From Octopus vulgaris (taxonomy: Eukaryota): a DNA stretch of 64,000 nucleotides. This document shows positions 1-14,459 of this stretch, in pieces (the first letter of the stretch is position 1; every line of letters begins with the position of its first letter). The notes below the pieces were generated by a model that saw nothing but the letters and a program-made list of their open reading frames with translations, had not been told where the DNA came from and ran no database searches. Where the stretch lies: assembly GCA_951406725.2 (NCBI GenBank), contig OX597816.1, forward strand, positions 100,440,001 to 100,504,000. Direction: 5' to 3'. The position numbers and the translations under genes are program-made.

Positions 1-1290
1 TCAACAGTGCAGAAATTGTTGGTGGATGAAAGGAGAGGTTTCGATGTGTGCTATGTTTTATTGCTAAAGCTATATAATTTCTATGATATTGACAGATTGA
101 ATTGTTTTGTATCTTGGCAAGCAAAGAGTTAGAAATCCTTGATTAGTAATATTGTGTGTATATATATCTCCTCGTGTCATAGCTTTGCAATGTTCCTCTA
201 CCCTCACTTAGTAGGGGTGGCATGTTTCGCCTTTGTATAACCTACCACAACTGCATGGGATGGAGTACACGCAGTCTTTGGTCATATTTTCTTCTATTGG
301 TGGCTTTACTTGAAGGAGATATTTGCGAAGTGTTGTATTACTCTTGAATACTGTCCTGATGTCATATGGGCCACATATCTTTTGTATCTTTTTGGAGAGG
401 CCTTTCACATAGGGCAGACAGACTGTGGACAGTTTATTGGTTTCATCCTCTCTTTTCTTCATAATTGGAGTGGATAGTATGTTTTGTGGGTAGTTGTTAC
501 TTAATAGATTGTTACTTAGCTTGATCATCTCTTTATGGTGGGTATCACGATCGCTACTTATATACACACATCCCTCTCTTTACACTGTATGGATGGTGGG
601 AATTGAATTTGAGGTATCGTCCAGTGGAGGTCAGTTTGTGGTATACAGATGTCCTGAATCCATACTTGGTGCGTGATATTAATACATCTAGGAATGCTAG
701 CTGATTGTCTTTTTCCTTTTCCATTGTAAACTGTATGGATGGCTTTATTGAGTTAACATGATCTAACAGCACTTGGACATCTTCCTGGTGAGGCCAGAGT
801 ATAAGGGTGTCATCAACATATGACAGCTATAGGGTTGGTTCTAGTGGTGTTGATCCTAAAGCCAAATTCTCAAAGTATTCCATGTATATATTGGCTATTA
901 TCAGTGATACTAGTGCACCCATAGCTAAACCTTTTTCTTGTCAATACATATCAGTGTCTATACTGAAGTAGGTAATTTCTACACAGAAGGTCAACATTTC
1001 CATCAGGTTTCTTATTGGTATACTTGTGTATTCTTTTAGATAAGTGTATGTCACTAGTTTTTCTTGAGTCACTGATAGTGCTTCACCAGTTGGGACTTTG
1101 GTGAACAGATTCATTACATCTAGACTCACCATCAGCTAGATTCAATGGTGGTATCCTTGATCAATTCTGTGAAGTGGGTGGAATTCTTCAAGAACGATGT
1201 TGACTTTCCTGCTAATGGACTGATTATATCCACAAGGAAGTGGCTCATTGGATGACATGCTGAACCTCTACAGCTCACTATAGGTCTTAA
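1..1290 (-). mobile_element. Decayed Penelope-like retroelement (Penelope/Poseidon type): RT followed by GIY-YIG endonuclease
   Basis: Minus-strand translations give MVSLDVMNLFTKVP, QEKGLAMG, SYVDDTL, IQFTMEKEKDNQLAFLDVLI, VYHKLTSTGRYLKFNSHHP, LPYVKGLS and DCVYSIPCSCGRLYKGET (GIY-YIG). Frameshifted and runs off the window start. Confidence 0.9.
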
Positions 1291-1659
1291 TGGAATACTA
1301 TCCTTGTGAATCTTAGAAAATATTTACTTTCAGCCTCAGTCTCACTGAAAACACAGTACTGTGTGACTGAGAAAAGTAGGAAGCAGTTGAGAGATGAGAA
1401 ATAGGGGCATGGTCTGAGAAGCAGCAAATATAAAGGCTTGGCAAAAGAGATATAGACAACAAGGTTATGGGCAATAAAAATATGATTTGTAAGGATGAAT
1501 GAATGCATGATAGGGATACTAAAGGGATGAAAGGCTATAATAGATATTAATGATGCAGACTTAATAGTAGGAAGATGTATATATATATACACATGCATGC
1601 ATATATGCACACATGTGCATACACCTCATAATACATACCTACATATACACATGAAATTA

Positions 1660-2620
1660 TTTTAATGTCAGTTTTGTCAAGCCTTTCTTCTTCTGCAGTG
1701 TGGTCTTTGTATAGGGGATGCAACAACTTCAGATCTGTCTTCGCCATTTTTTCCATTCTTCCTCAACCTGCCTCTTCCACTGCTCCATGACACTTCTTTA
1801 TACAGCTGTCCTCTTGCTTATATATCACATGCCCATACAAACAATATTTTCTCTTGCACACTACACTTGATTCCTCTTATGCTTTGTTTTTCTCTGAGGT
1901 CTTTTGTGCTTTATCTAGTATTACACATCCAGGGGAATGTACTTGCTTTTTTAGCCTTTGCATTCAAGGCCTATGTCTCAATGTCTCATTACAATGTAAC
2001 ATCATGATTTGAACACACGCATTATACAATCTACTCTTACCTCTTAGTAAAACCCTTTTGATACCAGCAAAGGTTATAGTTCAATGAGTTTTTTCCTAAT
2101 GAGTACTTACTCTGCTTATTATGCTCTCAAAATACCCACATTCAGTACTAAATAGTTCTATTAAGCAACAGCTACTATCTACCATTTCTAGTGAGTGTCT
2201 AAGCTTTAGAGGAAGTCTATTTTGCATGTGCTCTTAATATTTACTAACCTTGTGCACTTGCTGCATATGAAGTTTACCAACTCTGTTAGACTACCTGTGT
2301 TCCTACCATACTTCTTGTGAATCTATAGTTTACCCTGGATACATCAAATAGAATTCCTTCCTAGATTTTCCATATAACATGCATGGCAGTTTTTTTATGG
2401 TAGCAGAGCCTGTCTTCTTTTATACTAATACTTTGCTAAATTCACTTGGAGGACTTTTGAGTTTTGTTCCCATGCCTGGAATTTCTTTACTGCTACAGGT
2501 AAGAGCTAGGTTGTCAGCATAAAAACATTCCTGCCAGCATCTGGTTTTAAATTATTCTACTATAGCTTGGAGGATTATAATGAATATAAAGGGATTGAGG
2601 GCTGAGCCCTGGTGCACCTC
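1660..2620 (-). mobile_element. Old RTE-clade LINE fragment (C-terminal half of RT)
   Basis: Minus strand reads EVHQGSALNP and YADNL. Colinear with the better-preserved RTE copy at 62.4-64 kb; many stops. Confidence 0.8.
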
Positions 2621-2960
2621 TCATTATTCAGAAAACCATAATTACTGTTTAAATTCCACATTTAATATTTTCATTTAATGTGTTATCAAGATAATTTTAT
2701 TGTTTTAAATTGAAAAATACCTCTGCAAAGATGACCACACTACTAATCTCTGGACCACAACTCCATTTGAACACTAAACTTGTACATTAAATTTGCCCAC
2801 TAAACCTGTTCTGTACACATGCATAAAACACTCTTCTCCATTTGGATAAACCTCCAATTTTGGAGAATATCATCGATCCATTTCCACATGACAAGTTGTG
2901 TCTTCATTGACTTTGAGAAAATCTAGAAAGTCAGCTCAGTCATATCATAATTTGTTATTG

Positions 2961-3224
2961 CAGTGATTCCCAATATTTTTGATGTTATGGTGAACAGGAA
3001 ATCAAATAATAACTAATTAATGCACTTAACATTAAAAAAAAAATCGTAATGTATATTTTTGAAGTTACAAATTAAGAAAACCAATACTTATGTATACAGT
3101 AATCATATTATATAACAAAAGTATGAATTTCATGTTTTTCAGTTTAAATTTCCAAACCTCCCCGACTTTTAAAATCTGCAGTATGCTTGGAAACCTTTTT
3201 CTTAACACTATTTGAGAACCACTA
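2961..3224. mobile_element. hAT (Charlie-like) MITE relic
   Basis: Termini CAGTGATTCCCAA ... TTTGAGAACCACTA are short imperfect TIRs. Flanking 8-mers TGTTATTG / AGCTATTG match at 6/8, as expected for a decayed hAT TSD. Confidence 0.5.
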
Positions 3225-5850
3225 AGCTATTGTGATAGTCTAAGCTGTCTAGAGTTTCAGACCTCTACCAGTGGATGGATAAATATAGTTTAGTTAATGA
3301 TTATATTGGCTGAGTTCATATATTTTTTCACTTGATCCAAATTCAGAAAGCTCTAATTATTGTATCTGTGAAAAGTAGATTTTATATTGGAGGGGATTAA
3401 AGGAGAGTATTATGATAGGGCTCTTTCATAATATTAAGATAAATTTTTGACAGAATATGTGAAACATTTTTTAATTGCAGCTGAAAGTATCTTCCTAACC
3501 TCACCAATGTCTTTGAGAAGTCTTGAACAGTATAATTTTCTCTGCTTTTATATTTACTCAGTAATATTATCATCACTTATAACAAATCTTGATAGCTAGT
3601 AGTAATTCCTTAGTCATGTGAGACTGGTTAAATTTTCCAAATTGCTGGAGGCCTTTCATTTAGATAGATTCTATTATAAAAGACATGAACCTAAATCTCT
3701 CAAATAACTCACATCCTTATATTTCTAAAATCTCATGACTAAATTAGAATGATTTTGCTTATTTTGTTGTGTCTTAGGAGCACTCATTTACTTATTCATT
3801 TTTCTAGAAAAATAAATAAATAAGTGGAAATTTTACTGGTGGGTGTGTTAAATTATAAGGCACTAAAAGAGACACAACAGAATATGCTTCAACACACAAA
3901 CTCACATAGAGACTCTTGCAAACCAAATTCAAAAACAAAATAAAATAAATTTTGTTTATTATTAAGTTATTATTACCAGTGGTATTCAGGCACTGAAATA
4001 ATGCAGTATCAAAACTGAGTGCTAAATGATATTTACTTTTTTTTATATCCCTCAAACCATAACATATATGCTCTTGTGCTAGTCTAAGCATTTTATCTTA
4101 TAATTATAATCTTGTTTTTGTTATATGCTTTCTTATTACATCTTGCTCAAAACAATAATAATGCTTTTACATGCAAAAAAGAAACTTGATAGTTTGAAAA
4201 ACTGAAAAAAGAAATATGAGTTTTTCAAGCTTTTGCTAAAAATAAAATAAAATTATCTGAGAGTCAAAACTGGGTTGTGAATTCAATTGTATTGAATGTA
4301 CCATCATGCTAAAATATTACTTATATTAAATTTTTAGAGCAAATAAGTGTCCTCTCTTTTAACTATGCAAGTGAAATTCATCAAAATTAATAAATACTAT
4401 ATGCATTTCTACAAGTACAATGCATGATTTCTCTTACTGATTCCATCATAATATTTGAAATTTGATTGAAGAATCTGTTGAGAAAGTCTGAGAAAAGAAT
4501 TTAGCAAATAATATGGTGTAATTATACATATTTTCTGAAATAATTATATGATATAGATTGAAAAGAGCTAGATATAGATATAATCATGCATTATATGGAG
4601 AAATAGAATTATTTCGATTCAATATAGATATGTACTACTATATTAACATTTGGAATATAGTATTGTTGAAAGACAAAAACAAAAAAATATTTAACATGTT
4701 TGAATGTATTTTGCTTAGCGTTTCATCAGAAATTCATGTTTTAGGTGTTCTGTCCCTATGTTTTCTCTAACAGAATTTTTTAAAATTTGCCCAATCTATT
4801 ATGCATTATAAGAAATAGGTTTTCTTCAGTGGTAATTTGAACTTAATTTACTTGATAAAATTTTTATCTTACTTGTGTTAATTTTAGTAAATTATAACAT
4901 TATATCTCAGTCAAAGTAATATAGATGTAACTTACATATGTCTGGTTTAATTTGCTACTTAAATTTATACATAAATTAATAGATAATTGAGCTTTATCTT
5001 TGGTAAATAGAAGCTTATTAACTATTTTTGGTCATGTGTACATAATATTCAAGTATTTTATCCTGAGAGATAATGGTGTGATCATTAATTTAAGAACAAA
5101 GATGAAATTTTCACGACGACATAATTTGTTCGTCTAAATTCGATTCAGAAATTATACTGCAAACACTTATGTATAGTCCTGCTGCTTCTGAATTAGAGAT
5201 ATTGAGGTCAACAAGAGTCACCTCCCTTAGACAAGTATGCATTCGCTTAGAAGTAAAAATTAAGTAATGGAATAATTTTTTTATTATTCGTGGATTAATA
5301 ACATTGGATTTCCAAAATTGCGAGGTCATTCATTTCTGTTGCTCTGTGGTATTTTAAATCATAAATTTAATTGTGATTTCTGTTTAATTAGCATAGTTTC
5401 AATGAAGCTAAAACCGTGTATTTTGCAAGGGAAATAACTGTGCCGCTTAATGTGTCCATGACTCATTATACTCGCAACTGAAATGAGAGTTCAATAACTA
5501 TAAGTTAGCTATTCATTTATGAAATATTATTTAATTATTACTGAAACCCTTAAGATAGAAATTTATATTTCATATCACATTTCTATAACCATAAATTTGA
5601 AATTGCCATCAGGGAGTTTTCTAAAATAGAATTATTGCATGAAAAATATTTATCTGGTTGAGTAAATTTTCATTTTATGATATTACATCTATATTTGATA
5701 ATTCATTACTAAGGTAAAAAAATGAAACAAAATTTAGATTGTGCAGATTGTATATTCATAAAATAGTTGTAATCATATAAAATCTTAGTCTTCAAAAAAT
5801 ACTGTCATTGGTTTAAATAGAATTTTGCTGTTAATATTGAATAGCTTATT

Positions 5851-6065
5851 AAGGTAGTGAGCTGGGAGAGCTATTAGCATGCTGGCCAAAATGCTCAGCA
5901 ACATTTTGCCTGTATTTATGTTCTGAGTTCAAATTCTGTCATGGTTGATTCTTCCTTTTGTCCTTTTAGAGTCAATAAAATAAGTACCATTTGAGCACGG
6001 CAGTCAATGTAGTTGATTTACCCACTCCCCCAAAATTTGCTGGCTTTGTACCAAAATTTGAAACC
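5851..6065 (+). mobile_element. tRNA-derived SINE, family A (Nin/Deu-like central domain)
   Basis: Head GGTAGTGAGCTGG..., B-box-like GAGTTCAAATTC, central CCTTTTGTCCTTTTAGAGTCAATAAAATAAGTACC. Flanked by direct repeat AATATTGAATA (5833/6066). About 10 homologous copies in the window. Confidence 0.85.
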
Positions 6066-7799
6066 AATATTGAATATTTTATTCACATTATGAATTAATT
6101 CAGTTAAAATTATATATAAATAAAAAAAAAAGAGTTATGAATGCTAGTTCAATTTAAATGAGTTTGAGTATATTTTCAAATTATTGAATGGATATCATAG
6201 GAAAACCTTCAACTTCTGTTACAGAGCAGACAGTAAGTGTCTATGCTATATTGAAATTCTTAGAAACAAATAATCCAAAAGAATAATCATTTGCAACATG
6301 TCAGCTATTGAAATAAAATTTTTTTGCTCTACATTAAGGAAATCTGAAATCTTTCTCACTATTTTGTTGTTATCTATGATATATACTGTTATATAAAATA
6401 TAAACATAGTCAAAATATGGCAATTAGTGTAATCTTACATACCAAAAATAATCCCTGTCAAAGGATTTTTTAATGAAAATTGGAAATTTCCATTATATAA
6501 CTTATATATTCACTTTGCCATTTAACAAAAAAAAAATTGTCTCATTTTCTGTCTGTCTCTCCACCCCACCCTTACCCCAAAACACACACACACACACACA
6601 CACATTTTGTGCTAGCGACTGTGTATTGTATAATTAGCATTTGCTGGAACTATTGTTATTATAAGCAAAAATGTCCCTTTACATAACTGAGAAGTGAGAG
6701 CAAATGTGTGTTTTTGTAAAGCAAATACAGCAGAGTTATGTACCTTGCTCAGGAGCACATGATAATTCACTCAAGTGCTTTAATAAGTGAATGAATTTAA
6801 TCTTATATAAGTAATTTACACTTATTATCATTGTCACATACATACATACATGCTTATATGTATGCGGGCATATATATGCATGTGTACACACACACACACA
6901 CAAACACATGATAATGAAAATGTTTATTTGTGAAGTGTAAAACATTATTGCCAGCTAAATTTTACACTACATATAATGAAGAGGAAATAAGATGTCACTG
7001 TTAACAGCAATATACCTTTCAGTATGTATTGCAATGTATTATTTATTATATACAAATGGCTCACCTTGATGTATTTAATTTTTACATTTACTTTTGAATA
7101 CAGAAGACTACCAAGTGGTTTCTGATTCTATTGAACATGTTCCACAACAGATATGCAAATATTATCTCCAAAGCTTAAATATAGTTGAAATATGTATGTT
7201 TAATTCATTGTAAATCATATATATAAATGGAACAGGAAATTCTGTGAGTAGTTATACAAATCTCATTGGATTCCAGTTGCTAATATATTTTTCAGGAGGG
7301 ATTTCTGATTGAATAAGACTTATAGCGGTGCATCTTTCTTTAGAGGTATGATCATAGCTCTATTGTAGAATCATGTAGTCTCTTCCTTGGTTTGGAAAAA
7401 ACTGATAATCTGGAAAGGCCTTGGATCTAGGATTTTTGGAAAATCAGTGAGGCTCCTGTACGTATGTGTGTGTACTTGCATGCACACACACAAACATATT
7501 TAATATACACAGAATTTAAATGCAATATTATAAGCTTCAAACTTCCAGTGGTACAATAGTTAGATGAGCTTGTCTGGTGTGCAGTGTACTATAAGCCTAT
7601 CATTCAGGCTCAAAAATACAACTTGGTTACTCTCTGAGATGCGAAAAAAAATGGGAGAAAAAAGTAAATGAAAAAAGGAAATGATAAAAACAGCATGGAG
7701 TGAAAGGAGAATTCCCATTCTAATAGACCCCTTAGAATAGGAATTGACAATGGTTGGTGCAGTAAATTTGAAGGGTAAAGGTTAAAGCTTGCGAGACTG

Positions 7800-8195
7800 T
7801 ATGCTTAATTCAGAGAGGGTGGTATTTAGTTTTATAATAGAAACTTATCCAGATACTTGTACTTAGTGAAGATCTCCAATCTAGAATTCAGTTGGCAAAT
7901 TGGCTTAAGATGGATATGAGTTGTTTCAGCTATACAAAGCCTCCATAACCTTGACCCATTGACATATGGTACGGATCACTCTACGATGCTTCACTTGATG
8001 GTATTTGGGGTTTTGTGGGCCTTCAAGTCACGGATATGGCTAGGTAACTTACTGCATTATTTCTTGTCTATGTGTCGGAAAGAAGACTTGTGGTTAGCAT
8101 TTCTTTTTATAAAGTCATTTTCACACAGACCATATACGTTTTCATTTGAGTTTCATTATTTTGTAGAACTGAGATGACTTCCACTTTGTAAACCA
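7800..8195 (-). mobile_element. Naiad-type Penelope-like element, C-terminal GIY-YIG fragment (pseudogenised)
   Basis: Hand translation across one frameshift: TY(I)GLCENDFIKRNANHKSSFRH...SHIRDLK...TIK*SIVE*SVPYVNGSRLWRLCIAE...LNSRLEIFTKYKYLDKFLL*. Homologous to the 47.1-47.45 kb fragment. Confidence 0.75.
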
Positions 8196-8235
8196 CTGAG
8201 TAGACCATCCATGTCTGGTCAATTACACTTTGGAG

Positions 8236-8905
8236 TAGGGACCTAGTTGAAAAAAGTTGATAGGCTGACATAGATATCCCCTTGGAATGAGATCAAACAA
8301 AGTTTATTTTTCAACAAAATCTTCCTTGCAGTTCACACACTACTTCCATTGGTATTGCGGTGCTTTGATCCTGTTGTTGGAGTAGCTTTCATCCTGTTGG
8401 TCAAACAAGTTATCAACAGCAGATATGACTTCATCATCACTGCAATACTGCTTCCCAACCAAGTGTCTCTTCATATTGGGAAACAAATGATAGTCATATG
8501 GAGCCAAATCAGAAGAGTAGGGATAGAAATCAAGAAGTTCAAAGCCACAGCAGCCATAGAAACCAAGATCATTGCTCTGATGAAACAAGGCCTTTTTTGT
8601 CAATTTTCCTGGGCATTTGATCCTTATAGCCTTTCATAACTACCTTAGCAAGTTGGCATAGTATTCTCCATTGATGGCACAGGCCTTTTGAAGATAGTTG
8701 ATAAACACAATGCCTTTTACATCCAAAATGCCTTTTGCATCACATTCCCTCAGATGAAATTACTATGGGTTTCTTTGGGGCAGGTGAGTAGATGGTATTT
8801 CCGCTGCCTGGATTATTCCTTCATCTCTGGTTAAAAGTGATGAATTCAGCGTTCATCTTCTGTTAGGAAACATTCAAGGATACAAACTAGATCTGTCTCA
8901 AACAA
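8236..8905 (-). mobile_element. mariner transposase relic (3' half plus TIR)
   Basis: ORF 8340-8603 contains FELLDFYPYSSDLAPYDYHLFPNMK (the YSPDLAPxD motif). TIR-like GTTGAAAAAAGTTGATAGGCTGAC lies near 8245-8270. Confidence 0.88.
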
Positions 8906-9111
8906 TGTCATATTATAAGGTGAGATTTGAAGGATCTTTCTTGACTAACATGCACCACACACATGCAGAAGAGTATAGTGTATGGTTTGAGGTTAATTTG
9001 GTCATGCACACTCATACACGCACATTTACATACACAATACATACATACATATATATATATATATCATCATCATCGTTTAACAATCATACTCAGGCCAACG
9101 ATCGTGCTCAG

Positions 9112-9168
<57 letters not shown>

Positions 9169-9585
9169 CATCATCATCATTGTTTAACATCTGCTTTCTA
9201 TGCTAGCATGGGTTGGACGATTTGACTGAGGTCTGGCAAGCCAGATGGCTGCACCAGACTCCAATCTGATCTGGCAGAGATTCTACTACAGCTGGATGCC
9301 CTTCCTAACACCAACCACTCCAAGAGTGTAGTGGGTGCTTTTACATGCCATCAGCACGAGTGCCAGTCAGGCGGTACTGGCAATGGCCACGCTCAAAAGG
9401 TGTTTATGTGCCACCTGCACAAGAGCTAGTCTAGCGGCACTGGTAATGACCTCGCTCGAATGTTTTTTTACATGCCACTGGCACAAGTGCCAGTAAGACG
9501 ATGCTGGCAACAATCATGCTCAAATGGTGCTTTTATGTGCCACCGGCATGGAAGCCAGTCACCTGCTCTGGCAACGATCATGCTC

Positions 9586-9590
<5 letters not shown>
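9169..9590 (-). mobile_element. 5'-truncated RTE LINE 3' UTR/tail copy
   Basis: (CAT)n tail, then ...GGATGCCCTTCCTAAC..., then ~60-bp tandem units. Same sequence as the 3' UTR of the RTE at 61947-64000. Confidence 0.85.
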
Positions 9591-10639
<1,049 letters not shown>

Positions 10640-10641
<2 letters not shown>

Positions 10642-11243
10642 TCATCATCATTGCTTAACGTCTGCTTTCCATGCTATCATGGGTTGGACGATTTGACTGA
10701 GGTCTGGCGAACCAGATGGCTGCATCTGACTCCAATCTGACCTGGCAGAGTTTCTACAGCTGGATGCCCTTCCTAACGCCAACCACTCCGAGAGTGTAGT
10801 GGGTGCTTTTACGTGCCACTGGCATGAAGGCCAGTTAGATGGTACTGGTAACGGCCATGCTCAAATGGTGCTTTTTATGTGCCACCCGCACAGGAGCCAG
10901 TCCAGCGGCACTGGCAACAACCTTGCTTGAATGTTTTTTTTCACGGGCCACCAGCACAAGTGCTAGTAAGGCGATGCAGGTAACGATCACGCTCGAATGG
11001 TGTTTTTAACGTGCCATCGGCATGGAGGCCAGCTTGTTGCTCTGACAATGATCTCGCTCATATAGTACTCTTAGCGCTCCACTAGCACAGATGCCTGTCA
11101 TCGAGTTTGATTTCCATTTCGATTTCACTTGCCTCAGCAGGTCTTAGCAAGCAGAGTTTAGTGTCCAATGAAAGAAAGGCACACATAAGTGGACTGGTTA
11201 CACCCCTGGCATAGGCCACAAGGTTATGGTCTCACTTGCGCTT
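10640..11243 (-). mobile_element. 5'-truncated RTE LINE 3' UTR/tail copy
   Basis: (CAT)n tail, GGATGCCCTTCCTAACGCCAACC motif and about five ~60-bp tandem units. Homologous to 9169-9590 and 61947-62600. Confidence 0.88.
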
Positions 11244-11829
11244 GCATATATATATACACACAGACCCATTCACACACACTTGTATGTGTATCTATTTGTC
11301 AATATGTGTTTGTAAATATGTGTATACACACACACGTGGGTGTGTCTCCATATGCACATTTCTTTATAGCTTTCATTGCACATGCAGTAAAAAATACGTC
11401 AGCAAAAATTTTAATGTTAAAGAGTTATCTCCCATTAATTTTTGTTCCGCAGGCTATAATTTTTAATTTTCATGCTAGCAAATTATTTGGCATGCACCAC
11501 TGATATTGACACATTACTTGCAGCCTCTCTCATGCAGGTAAATATATTTATTGTGTGTGTGTGTGTCCATCTAGTGAGAAGCTGTGAAGACCATAATTTA
11601 AATGAGACAATATACAAGCTGATACAGTTATTAATAGCAAAGCACACACACATGATATATATATATATATATTTATAATGTTAATATTAGGGAGTATCAT
11701 TGTTTGAGTTGCATAGTAGTGGTTTTATCTCTAATTTATATTATATATATATAAATAGATAGATAGATTGATAGATAGATAGAAAAAGGAGACAAATGCT
11801 CAAGATGTTATTAAATCATTAATATCTTC

Positions 11830-11923
11830 ATATCTTCTACACATGTTTCGATTGATGCATCCAAAATACGTCCAACAGGATGATTATTGATCAACTATGT
11901 ATTAATCTCTTCAGGGAGGATAT
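11830..11923 (-). ncRNA. Hammerhead ribozyme motif (type I, Penelope pLTR type), probably degenerate
   Basis: Minus strand: ATATCCTCC-CTGAAGA-GATTAATACAT...ATGCATCAATC-GAAA-CATGT-GTA-GAAGATAT. Core boxes intact, stem II 9/11 bp, stem I imperfect, NUH = GUA. Confidence 0.75.
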
Positions 11924-12169
11924 AAATAACAGTACTCATCAAATAGACATTTTAACAGATATATGAAGTCCCAGAAAATGTGACGTGTATATATATATAT
12001 ATATATAATATATATGCATATGCAAACACATACACACATATGGATATAAACATACACACATACATACATGCATACTCAAACCTTTATACACACACACACA
12101 CATATATACACACACATACATAAGAAAGGTTTTCCTGAAACAACTCATCAATAAGACTAACTCCTTCAC

Positions 12170-13812
12170 TAACTGCATTAGATGGCAAGCCTTCTTTTAT
12201 AATAAGGATATCAAGAAATCTTCCAATGACCACAACTCCGAATTTAGTAAACTTCTCAAATCTAAAAATAATCCTCCTCTTAACCCAAGTTTAAAACAGT
12301 TTCGTCAAGAATGTTAAATTCCATAAGTATCCCTTAAGGAATAAACATCTAAGATATCTACATAATATTACAAAAGAAATTAACAGCATGAAAGGCCTCC
12401 TTGTTCAGATGGATAAAACTGGTAACCTGTATCACTTAAACAAGGATTTTTATGTTAAGCTGCTCAAGAAGGAAATACTAAACATATATAAGACTACTGT
12501 TAAAAACACTATCAGAAAGGCCAATCTTGAGGCTAAGAAAATTATGGAAGATATATAATTTACAAACAAAAACTGAGCCTTTATCTCCTAAGTAACCAAG
12601 TTTTGTCTTAAAAAATCACAAGCCCAACTTCTTTAATAACTCATCTCTCCATCTCATATGTCCCTATAGATCTGATATAGGCATACTTAGCAAAAATATT
12701 CTGGATATGTACATTCCCCCCCATCAACGAAAATGCTTAAACTTAATCAAGGATCTAACTCCTTCCATATTGTAGACTGGTTCAATTCTATCAATAATAA
12801 ATTAAGCACAAAATTCATACAGTTCAATATCAATTCTATCATCCTAAACAAAGCCCTATGGTTTGCGCATAATAAGGGAGGACTAACCTTTGATAAAATT
12901 AATGTTGTCCTAGCAGCAAGAAAATCCATCATCCAATTCGATAACAAACTTTGGATTCGTAGGGATTGACCAGATTGCTTCGATATCCCTATGGGAAGTA
13001 GCAATCCAGCTCAGGCTTCTGATTTGTTCAGAATTTACTTCCTATCAGAACTAGCAGACCAATTCCATTATATACTTGGTGGTTTATATCGTGATGACTA
13101 CCTACTTTACCTACAAAATACCTCAAATCAGAAACTACAAAAAGTTAAACGAAATTTAGTCAAATTCTTTAGTAATATGGGCCTAAGTATTTCTTTTGAA
13201 GTTGAAGTTGATAAAACTCAAATACGGCTTTGTATTTCCCATACCATAAACCTTCAACTAACCTGAAAATACATCAGTACCTTTAGTAACCACCACAACA
13301 ATATAACAAAAAATTTGGTTAAAAGCATATCACCTAGATAATCTAAATTATCTGCCAACAAAACCATCTTCAGTAGAAACACTGATTTTTATAACTCAGC
13401 TTTATACAAAGCAGGATATAGGGAACAAATTAAATATTTTAACCACCTTAGCTCTAACTGTACTAATAACAGTAACAGTAGTAATAGCAATACTAGCAGT
13501 AATAGATACATTAACAACAAGAGTATTTGTCCTGCTCCTTCCACAGTTAATTATCTAAATAATACCCAATTCCATCAAAATATACATATTCCTTACCCTT
13601 CTAACCCTAAAAATAAATAGTGAGAAGGAAGTAACTGTTTCCCCTTCATTTTTATATTCTTTTAAAAATAACACAAGGTTTTTTAATAATAAATCTCCCA
13701 TAGAGTCACACAACCCTAATGAAAATATTATTCCATACAATAAACAAATTAAAAATAATCTTCTCCTCTTATTTTGTCAAGCTATAGAATGGAATTTCCC
13801 TATTAAATCAAG

Positions 13813-13815
<3 letters not shown>
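12170..13815 (+). mobile_element. Naiad-type Penelope-like element, RT region (pseudogenised)
   Basis: Translations across frameshifts: QMDKTGNLY, LKNHKPNF...ICPYRSDIGILSKNILD, IVDWFNSINNK..KFIQFNI, FDIPMGSSNPAQASDL, GGLYRDDYL, ...IIPYNKQIKNNL. These are typical Naiad-clade RT motifs (established family knowledge, recognised from memory). Confidence 0.82.
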
Positions 13816-13853
<38 letters not shown>

Positions 13854-13865
13854 CATATATATATA

Positions 13866-14290
13866 TCTCTTATGATAAAAGGCAGATTTTCTCTGCCTGT
13901 GACTATGTTTCTTTTTAATACAATTGTACAATATAGAATTTCTTCAATTGGAATTTACCTATGATTTTTCGAAGTAGATTCGATTGGGTCATGGCATATA
14001 CATTTTTTTCAATTTCACCCCCAATTAAGCATAAATTCGAGAAGACTCAATATTTTACGATTTGCCTCTCTCATTTCAAATGCTTTACTCCTGCTATTAC
14101 CACACTTTCTCCTACTTTCTCTTTGCAAGTGTATACCACTATCATATCCTCTTTCTGCAACTCTTATTCAACATCACACATTCTGCTACTTTCTCTTATT
14201 AATGCTTAAACCAATCCTCAAAAAAAAAAAAAGGAAACAGAGATCTGTCCCTAACTTTTGGTAGTATTCATTGGCGAGCGTACTTCAGTT
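13866..14290 (+). mobile_element. Probable Helitron-like 5' fragment
   Basis: Starts A|TCTCTTATGATAAAAGGCAG after (TA)n, like the other two Helitron 5' ends, and retains CpGs. No clear 3' hairpin or CTAG seen. Confidence 0.35.
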
Positions 14291-14459
14291 GTCAATTGTT
14301 GAAAGAAAGAAATTGTAAGCTAAGAAGGTGTGAGTGTGTGTGTCGGAAGTGAAGGATAAAAATATGGCAAGAAGTGGACAGATGTACATATATACATACA
14401 TACATACATCCATACATACATACATGTGTGTGTGTGTATGTATGTATGTGTGTGTGTTA

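Noticed and set aside
8340-8603. SETMAR-like host gene
   Set aside because: It is only a decayed mariner transposase fragment with a TIR; no SET domain.
10800-11100. CRISPR-like regularly spaced repeats (also 9.3, 40.1 and 62.1 kb)
   Set aside because: Whole units are homologous (no unique spacers), they lie in a LINE 3' UTR, the context is eukaryotic and there are no cas genes.
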